Part shown: positions 1 through 8,700 of the stretch, in pieces
How positions within the stretch are numbered: position 1 is the first letter of the stretch
Layout of the letters: every line of letters begins with the position of its first letter
Origin: Piromyces finnis finn
Lineage: Eukaryota; Fungi; Neocallimastigomycota
DNA: 64,000 nt
NCBI GenBank assembly: GCA_002104945.1
Contig: MCFH01000024.1
Location: 62,001-126,000 of the forward strand
Direction of reading: 5' to 3'
Program-made: the position numbers and the translations under genes
Notes under the pieces: model-generated
What the model saw: only the letters and a program-made list of their open reading frames with translations
Told to the model about the DNA's origin: nothing
Database searches by the model: none

Positions 1-12
1 ATAAATAAATAC

Positions 13-882
13 CAAATTCTTCTGCCCAACAAGATGATCCTGAACTTGAACTTGGAGTTGGAGCAGGTGAGGTTGTAGTATAAGAATTGTATGAATTTTT
101 ACAATTATCTCTAATACCACACCTATTAAAAAAAATTTTTTAAATAAATTCATTCGTTAATTATTATGGTATCTTTTTAAATATATATATATAATAATGT
201 ATATATATTACCAATCTCCTTTTTCGTAACTATAACAAAAAATATTATCAATATCAAATATTAAAATTTATACCCAGTATTATAATTATTATTTATTTAA
301 TAATATTAAAAAAAAAAAAAAGTAATATTAGTTAAATATTAAAAGCATTAATGAAATAATAATAAAAAAAATTAAAAAGCTATAATACCCCCAATCTCCT
401 TCTTCATCTGTGAATACAATATTACATTTTGAGCAACATGGATATATTGGAGAAGAAAAACATTCTTTATAATAAACATCACATGAAGACTTTGTTATTC
501 CACACCATTCACCATTTTCAATACCTTGATAATTAATATTATCATATTATTATTCATATTATATATAGTATATAAAATATTTTATTATTTACTTTAGATT
601 ATTTACCCCATTGACCATTTTCATCTTCAAATTGAACTCTACAATTTTTACAACATTTATATCCTTTTTTAAATGTGAAGAATTTTTATTTTAATTTAAA
701 TTATAATTGTGTTTACAAAGTATTTAAATACAAATTTTAAATATTTTATTTTTTTTTTTCTTGAATTTGAATATTTAAAATAACAACTGTCTTTAATTAC
801 CAAGATCTTGAGCCCAGCATTTTTCAGCAAATGTTTTTGATGTTAATAATCCGAGAATTGAAATTAAAAAGGAAGTTTTCAT
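13..882 (-). CDS. Secreted protein with N-terminal tandem fungal dockerin (CBM10-like) domains; 5' part only, continues off the left edge
   Basis: Manual splicing of GT-AG exons 882-801, 663-607, 524-389, 229-212 and 122-13 gives one open frame: MKTSFLISILGLLTSKTFAEK-CWAQDLGYKCCKNCRVQFEDENGQWGIENGEWCGI-TKSSCDVYYKE-CFSSPIYPCCSKCNIVFTDEEGDWGYEKGDWCGI-RDNCKNSYNSYTTTSPAPTPSSSSGSS-CWAEEFG. This is a signal peptide, two complete dockerins, a Ser/Thr/Pro linker and the start of a third. Not in the ORF track because the exons are short. Confidence 0.93.
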
Positions 883-1376
883 TTTTATATAATATATTTT
901 TTTTTTATTATTCTAATTTAACATATATTTTAAAATATTTTTTTTCTTGTTATTACTTTATTTTATTTTTAAATTTTCTTTTATATTTTCAATTTTTCTT
1001 TATTCCTTTTTCTTTTTTTTTTTTTATCTTCAATGTTTTTCAATGATATAATTATTTATTCTCTAAAAATATAAAATACATAATATACATATATTAAATA
1101 GTTAATTATTATTAATTTCAATATTCATAAATTAATATTATTATATTATAATTATACTATTATTATTTTTATTATAAACCTGACAGATTCAGAGAAGTTC
1201 ATAAAAAAAAGGAAATAGAAAAAATAAATGTAAAAATTAGAAAAAGTAAATTTTAAAGGTATAAAATAAAAAAAAAAGGTTTAATTAATTTTTTAAAAAA
1301 TGTTATGAAGGTACAATAATAATTTATTAATTAAAAATTTAAATTAAAAACTTTTTTTAAAGTCATTATTTAAAGC

Positions 1377-1407
<31 letters not shown>

Positions 1408-2630
1408 CATTATAAAAAGAAAAAAAAAAAAAGAATTAAAGGTTAAAGGTATATTCAATATAAAATATTAAAGATGAATTAGAAATAAAACTTTTTCACC
1501 CTTTAATATTTGATAAAAACTAAACCTTTTAGTATTAAGATAAATCTTTTTTTTTTTTAACTCTCCATTATGATATTAAATAAAGTTATTAAAAATAAAT
1601 TAAAAATTAAATAGGACTTAACAAAAAGATAATTGTAATTCTTATGATTAATTATTATTCATTTTAAAATAATTTAATATGGCATCTGTACTAAAGATAT
1701 AAACCTATAAAAAAAAATAGAAAAAGATAATACATACTTATTTATTACCGTTATTCTCAATATTACTTTATTACTAATACTATTAAAAACATTATTATTG
1801 TTAAAATAGCATTGCCTTTATTTTAATGCTAATATTATTTATATTTTTTCTATTATTTAAATTTCACTTTTTTATAGTTTACTTTTTTTTTAATTTATTA
1901 AATATAATAAAAATTACTCATTTTAATATATTTTATGAGTGGATTTTTTTAATTGTTTTTTTTATTGGTTATTGCGGTAAATAAATTAACATAAACTTTA
2001 TTAATTATAAAAGTAAATTATTTGTGCAACGTTAATGAAATTATTAAGTTTAATTTTTCATGATCGTCCTTAATTTTTATATTAATTTTTATTGTGTAAC
2101 AAAATAATATTTATGATATTAATATATTTAAAATTTATAATTTATATTAAATTTAACATTCATTTTTTAAGTTTGAAATGTAAATTTTACTTCATTATTC
2201 ATTATAATTACTATATTTTTTATAATATAGTAATAAAAATAATATTTTCACATAGAGGCTAACATTATTTTGATGTAAAAAGGTTATTTTTACACCACTA
2301 AATTTGTAAAGCGTAAAAATATTATAAAGGAAAAAGATATAAAATATGTAAATTAAACACCAGGTTTAATTACATTTTTTATGATTTAAATAATTGTAAT
2401 TATTTAAAATATGAACTATTATAATAATTATTGAAAAAACTAGGGTTATGATAAATCAAATTTCAACAAAGTTTTTTAAAATATTAATAATATGTAAAAT
2501 ATAAATATATATATTTTATATATTTATGTATTATATATTTATGTTTTATATAATATTACATTTATATTTATACCTTATAGATATATTTATTTATTTATAT
2601 ATATTAATGTAATATTAACAGTATTTAAAA

Positions 2631-3320
2631 CTATGTATTATTAGATTGATTTCTATTATTCCTTCTTCTCTTACAACAATAACAGCATATAATTATTATA
2701 ATAAGAGTTATAATAATAATAAATATTCCAGCAAATATTATTGACCCTTCTATACCAGTTTGAACACCATTACTATCTGAAGGGCCGTAATCTTGTACAC
2801 TTTCACATTTGTTATGCATACATAGCTTTGAGGAACACTCATCACCTTGTTCACAAGGATTATTTGGTGGTTTACCACAATATATATATGAACTTTTACC
2901 TAAAAACAATTTATCTGAATAACTATCACTACAATGAACAATAGGTGTCTCATTGTTAAATACGCAATGATTTTTATAACATTTATTAGATAAACATTCG
3001 GTATCATAACTACATTGACAAGAATAATCAATACCATTAACATCACATATATCATTACATTTATTTGAATCAATATTTTCATAAATACAAGTATAAGTAA
3101 TGCAACTTGTACTATTTCCATTAATATCAGGAATATCTACGAAATAAGTACTGTAAAAATTATTAATACTAGTACAGATATCATTTTTACAATAAAATTG
3201 AGGTTTCCAATTATATTGATTTTTTAGTTTTAAAACATCGTCTATAGTTATAATATTTGTAGATTTAATCTGTTTGAAATAAAATACTATATATATACAT
3301 ACATATAATATTTTTAACAT
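2631..3320 (-). CDS. Cys-rich type I membrane protein (229 aa)
   Basis: Intronless ORF with a hydrophobic N-terminal signal, two related Cys motifs (CSYDTECLSNKCYKNHC and CEQGDECSSKLCMHNKC), a C-terminal hydrophobic helix (IIFAGIFIIIITLIIIII), then CCYCC-KRRR and a short tail. Confidence 0.85.
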   Translation of the reverse strand: MLKILYVCIYIVFYFKQIKSTNIITIDDVLKLKNQYNWKPQFYCKNDICTSINNFYSTYFVDIPDINGNSTSCITYTCIYENIDSNKCNDICDVNGIDYSCQCSYDTECLSNKCYKNHCVFNNETPIVHCSDSYSDKLFLGKSSYIYCGKPPNNPCEQGDECSSKLCMHNKCESVQDYGPSDSNGVQTGIEGSIIFAGIFIIIITLIIIIICCYCCKRRRNNRNQSNNT

Positions 3321-3830
3321 ATGTTGCTACGTACATTTTATAAATTCTTTTAAAATGACACTTTGTTCACTAATCAATACTATAGTATTAATTTATTATA
3401 ATTATTATATTAATTCTATATATAATTTTATTATTTAAATAATGTGTAGAATATATATTTTTTGTAAAATAATATTCGATATAATAAACAATTATTTATT
3501 AATTTATATATGTTTTTTAAATTGTCTCAGAGATCTTACATTTTATTTCTGGAAATAAAAAAGATAAAGCTAATTTTGTTGAATTGTTAAATAAATATAT
3601 TATTTTATAAATAAAAGAAGATATTACGGTGAGCTTTATAATAAAACAAATTATCATTAATTTACCAATAAAATAATAAATAATAAATAACAATTACAAA
3701 AATGATAAAAATTAATAAATAATTATGTTTAAAATGAAAAAGGATTTTTTAAATTTCAAAAAAAAAAAAAATAAATAAAAAAAAACAGAATATAAATTTA
3801 ATATAAATTATAAACTTTAAACATATTAAT

Positions 3831-4042
3831 TTTTTTTCCTTCGAGTGCATTTCTCCTATCAATCAGGATAAGCCCCAATGGTGGTTCTTCGAGAAACGTT
3901 GGCTCTTTCCTATTGCTAGGCGGTTGTGACCCTCCTGGCCTGTCATACTGAATCTTCTGTCTCGACGCTCAATTAACCCATGTACATTAGATACATGTCG
4001 TTATACGATATTTCTGACCATAATACTAAGCCTCATATAGTC
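3831..4042 (-). mobile_element. 5'-truncated LINE 3'-end fragment with short poly(A) and 14-bp TSD
   Basis: 3930-3970 (minus) matches 42505-42545 of the LINE at 34/41 ungapped positions. It ends in A8 on the minus strand and is flanked by TTAAACATATTAAT (3817-3830) and TTAAATATATTAAT (4043-4056). Confidence 0.75.
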
Positions 4043-4159
4043 TTAAATATATTAATATCATAAATATTATTTTGTTACACAATAAAAATTAATATAAAAA
4101 TTGAGGACGATCATGAAAAATTACACTTAGTAATTTCATTAAAGTTGCACAAACAAAAA

Positions 4160-4630
4160 TCAGGTTTATGGACTTAGAATGGCTAGATAACCCTGAAAAT
4201 TACAACCCTCTACCCTTCTACAAGCTACAAGCAAGAAAGTACGGTCCTTTCAAGGTTATTGGAATTGATGAAAGAAAACTTAACTACCGCCTAGATATTA
4301 ATAAGTCTTTTTTCTCCCAATGTTTATCCAGTGTTTCACATCAGTGAGTTAGAACCTTACTACAACAAACCAGTAGAAATTACACCGGCACCTAAAGGCT
4401 ACCAGAAAATTATAAAAACTTTTAATGCAAGAAGAAAGAAGAACAACAGTATCTAACTACCTTCAGTGACTTTAGGCAAGAGTAGGTTAATGCTGACATA
4501 GCTAACAAGAACACCCACTATGATAATTTAGTTATTAACTTGAATAAAGAGGTGATAACTAACTTAACTTTTAAAATAATTAATCAAATAACTAAGTTTG
4601 TAATAAACCATTTACATAGTATTCGTTACA
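4160..4630 (+). pseudogene. Ty3/gypsy (chromovirus-like) relic: integrase SH3-like C-terminus, decayed chromodomain, possible PPT and short LTR remnant
   Basis: Translates as YKLQARKYGPFKVIGIDERKLNYRLDI, then after a frameshift PNVYPVFHISELEPYY, then RRKEEQQYLTTFSDFRQE*VNAD (TAG where chromodomains have Trp). A purine tract precedes TGATAAC (4553)...GTTACA (4630). Confidence 0.75.
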
Positions 4631-4681
4631 ATATTATAATATTAAATGTAAAAGGTTTATTATAAACTTAGTTATTTGATT

Positions 4682-4797
<116 letters not shown>

Positions 4798-4936
4798 TCA
4801 CTTTTTTCCGTTTTTATATAGATTATTCCTTTTTATATTTTTCCACGATCATTCAAAAATGTTTCAATTTAAAAAAGATCAATTTATTATTAATAATAAT
4901 ATGCATAAAAAAATTAAATTTTATGATCATGACCAT

Positions 4937-5470
4937 GTCGTTCCAGTTTCTATCCTGGTTGTTAAGACCCCCGCTTAGCATTCATAAGGCTTCTGGTTCG
5001 ACCCCCGCCATTGACAGTTCTTTAGCGATTTTCCTGTTTCAGGTTTGCGCTTAAAGTATAGGGGTTAAAGGTCAATTCAGGTAAGTATAACTATACCACC
5101 GGACTCTACCCTAAGCAGTTAATTCAGATTGGTAGTTTTCTCCGTATCAAGCGGTTTTCCCACTGAAGTTTAGAGTATATGTAGGAAGGGGTATCAATTA
5201 ATTCACAGATTACTAACTATGGTCTTTGAGGGTTGTTCTCATCGTTAATCATCCTTCGCCAATAAAGGTTCAGGAGATCACTGGTGTTGGTAGCTCGGTC
5301 TTTGTGTGATAGGATCGTTAAGAGCAATAAGCCATTCCATATTAGCCCTGCCCAGAGGGATGATTGTGCCGACGTCGTTCTGATATGGCAATGTACAATA
5401 ATGTACAATCACATACCATATATAACTCAGGGGGTTAGATGAGGATATATGGAAGTCTAAAAAAAAAAAA
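4937..5470 (+). mobile_element. tRNA-derived SINE with poly(A) tail and perfect 14-bp TSD
   Basis: ATGATCATGACCAT at 4923-4936 and 5471-5484; A12 tail at 5459-5470; B-box GGTTCGACCCC at 4995-5005; the 5' GTCG pairs with TGAC at the end of a tRNA-length head; the body is GC-richer than its flanks and non-coding. Confidence 0.82.
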
Positions 5471-5487
5471 ATGATCATGACCATCTC

Positions 5488-5722
5488 TGTCAGATAAATT
5501 TAGTTTACACTTAAATTTATTTATAAAACTATTTGGGTTTTTATAATCTTTTATTTATTTATATTTATTTTATAATATAAATATTGTAACTTTCTTAAAA
5601 TCTTTTTATTAAAAAATAACCAAAGAATAAAAATGTAGTACAATATTAATTTATAATTTTATAAAATACAAATACATAAAAAATACATAAAATATTATTT
5701 TGTAATGTATTTTATTTTCACA
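5488..5722 (-). repeat. 3' LTR of copia copy 1
   Basis: Matches 11247-11481 by eye; about 12% GC by manual count. Confidence 0.97.
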
Positions 5723-5744
5723 CTCCCCCAAAGTTATAAATTCA

Positions 5745-8700
5745 TTATTTGTATTTATATAATAAACTATCTCTAAATATTTTCATTTTATTTTTATTCA
5801 AGTATTTAGTAAAACCATCTGCTAAATTTTCTTCTGATTTTATATATTCTAGACTGATTTTATTTTCTTTAATTAATTCTCTTACTTTATGGTACTTAAT
5901 ATCAATATGTTTTGACTTTGGATTAATCGTTTCATTATTTGCGTTGTAAATAGTTGCTTGATTATCAATATTGATTTTTAAGCATTCTTCCTTTATTTTT
6001 AATTCACTAAAAATATTTCTATACCACAGAGCTTGCTTTGAGCATTCACAAAGTCCATAATATTCTGCTTCGGCGGTTGAAGTTGATACACATTTTTGCA
6101 GTTTTGAGTACCAGCTTGTTGGTCCATTTCCCAATAAAAATACAAATCCAGTGGTAGATTTTCTTGTTTCTTCATCTCCCCCATAGTCTGAATCTACAAA
6201 AATCTTCAAATTTAAGTTTCTTTCAAAACGGATTCCATAATGAGGATTTTCTTTCAGATATTTGAATATTTGTAATACATTCTTCCAATTTTGGATAGTA
6301 GGATTTTGTGAGAACCTAGATGCTTTGGTTACTGAAAATAAGATATCTGGACGAGTACCTATGGCTAAATATAAAAGACTTCCTATTGCAGCTCTATAAG
6401 TAGTAGGGTCAAAAGGCTGATTGAGTTGTTCATCATTCTTGATTGGTGTAGTTGTCTTTGATCCTCTGCAGTTTTCTAAACCAAATTTGTGTAATATATC
6501 CTTTAAATACCTTTCTTGATGTAACAAATACCCATCTTTTAACGTTTCTACTTTGATTCCTATGATGAAATTTGCATCACCAACATCCGTGATAACATAT
6601 TTCTCTTTAATTAATTTAATAGTTTTATCTATTTCTTCCTTTTTACCAGTTATTAGGATGTCATCAACATATATTCCAACTAAACATACTAATTTATTGT
6701 TTTTGGTCTTTATAAATATGCATGGTTCGCTAACTAATTTCTGAAATCCTAGTTCAATGAGAGTATTGCTGATGTTGTTATTCCATTCTCTTGCTGCTTG
6801 TTTTAAGCCATATAATGCTTTATTTAATTTCCATAATCCTTTTTTATACATTTTATCTCCTTCAGGTGCTTTCATATATATATCTTCCTTTAAATCTGCA
6901 TACAAATATGCGGCCTTAACATCTAATTGATGGATTTTATAGTTATTAATTGCAGCTATTCCTATTAGGATTCTTAATGAGTCTTGTTTTAGAGTAGGAG
7001 AAAAGGTCTCATTGTAGTCTTCTCCATATTCTTGTGTAAAACCTCTGGCTACAAGTCTAGCTTTGTATTTTTCTATCTCACCAGTGCTATTCCTTTTTAT
7101 CTTAAATACCCATCTTGAATCAATAATATTGGCGTCTTCTGGAACTTCATCTATTCTTTTGAACACTTTTCTTTCTTTCATATTTAGCAATTCGGCTTCT
7201 ATTGCTTTTATCCACTTATCCTTATCTTTTCTTTTAAATATATCATTATAGGAATTTGGCTCCTTGATTTGTGCTATAGTTAGCGCCACTTCCTTAATTT
7301 TCTTCTTTTCTGGTTCATGTTCATGTGGCTTACTAAATTTTTCTTCTATGACATCTTCACTTGGAACAAGTTTCCGCTTTCTTGGGAATTTTTCTTCCTT
7401 TGGTGGATGATTTTCATTTAATTTAAAATTTTTATTGGATTTTAATTTTCTATTTAGATTTCTCTTATTCAAAAAATTTTGTTTTGATAATAACTTTTTC
7501 TTATCAAAAAATTTTTTCTTAGATTTATCTTTATTGATTGGATCTTTAATTTCATTTTTATTTTTTAAATTTCTCAAATTATATTCCTTTTTATTTTGAT
7601 TATTTAAATTACTTTCTTTTTCATCAGAAATATTTTTAAATTTGGACTTTTCTTCAGGAATATTGATATTTTCTTTATTCAAATTTCTTCTTATTTCATT
7701 CTCATTAATAGGTATGTAATTTTTCTTATAATATTCTTCATTCTTATAATTTACTTTTACATTTGAATAATTATTTTCTATTTCTTTTCTATTATTTTTA
7801 TTTATATTATTTTTGACACTCTCAATATTTTCAAAATCAATTTTCTTTCTTGTTCCTAAATCAATGTCAGGACTCAGGATATTTAAAAAATCATTATTGT
7901 CAATTTCTCCAGTTAAATCATTTATCTCCATTTCTGATGGTATTTTTAATACTTCTTCAATTAATTCATTTTTATTTACAATGTCTGAATTTTCTTCTAT
8001 AAAATAAACATTTCCTTTTGCATTCAGGTATTTATTATTCCTTTTATTATCCTTTGATATATTTGAATTGTCTTTACTGTTTATATTTTTATTTTTCTTG
8101 TCGTCATTTCTCTTTATATTCACTTCTTTAATTTCACAAATTTCAGTTTCGTCAGCACTATTATATTTTAAATTATTATATTTTAAATTATTTTCTTCCA
8201 AGGTAAAGTTATTTATATTGCCGTCGTTACTTCCTGAAATGTCATTATTGTTTTCTTTTTCTTTATTGGTTTCACTTACAGATTCCATTGAAGTACTTAT
8301 TTTAATTTCTTTATTTTCTTCCATTCCTTCAATTTTCTGGTAATTATTTTTGTTCAAACGTTCTTTTTTCTTTTCTTTTAGTTTAATATAGTCTAAGAGA
8401 TTTAAGTCTTCTTCTTCTGAGTCTTCTATACTCATATTACTATCATTAGTGTCCTCGCAGACTTGCATAAAACTTTCAGAACTATTATTTTTTTCTTTAT
8501 TTAATAGTGACGTGAGCTTATCCAGCTTTTCTTCTATATTTCTAAATTTTTCTTCATAATTTACTTCTTTTAAGTCTTCTTTATTACTAGTTTTATCATT
8601 GAGTGTTTCTAGGTTTTCATTCATTAATTTATCATTTTCATTTGAAATGTCCTTTTCTTTTTTGTCTTTATTGTTATTGTTTTCATTTTCTTTATCATAC

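Larger units (their letters stand above)
2021..4153. mobile_element. Putative foldback/TIR element: long inverted repeats enclosing a host-type gene
   Basis: 2021-2131 is the reverse complement of 4043-4153 (111 bp, ungapped, 4 mismatches). Similarity continues inward (about 2132-2190 vs 3745-3816) beyond a LINE fragment inserted in the right arm. No TSD or transposase seen. Confidence 0.55.

Noticed and set aside
831-1046. ORF 831-1046 and similar F/I/K/Y/N-rich ORFs (14197, 14398, 21149, 24168, 25008, 43568, 43878, 44949, 46579, 46923, 48698, 55876)
   Set aside because: Produced by homopolymers and microsatellites in AT-rich intergenic or intronic DNA.
4937-5016. Functional tRNA gene
   Set aside because: D, anticodon and T stems pair poorly, and it is the head of a TSD-flanked poly(A) insert.
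5217-5484. ORFs 5217-5408 and 5278-5484 as genes
   Set aside because: Short antisense frames within the SINE body with no recognisable motifs.
5471-5500. Ty1-like targeting of the copia to Pol III loci
   Set aside because: Copy 1 lies downstream, not upstream, of the SINE promoter, and copy 2 has no Pol III element nearby.
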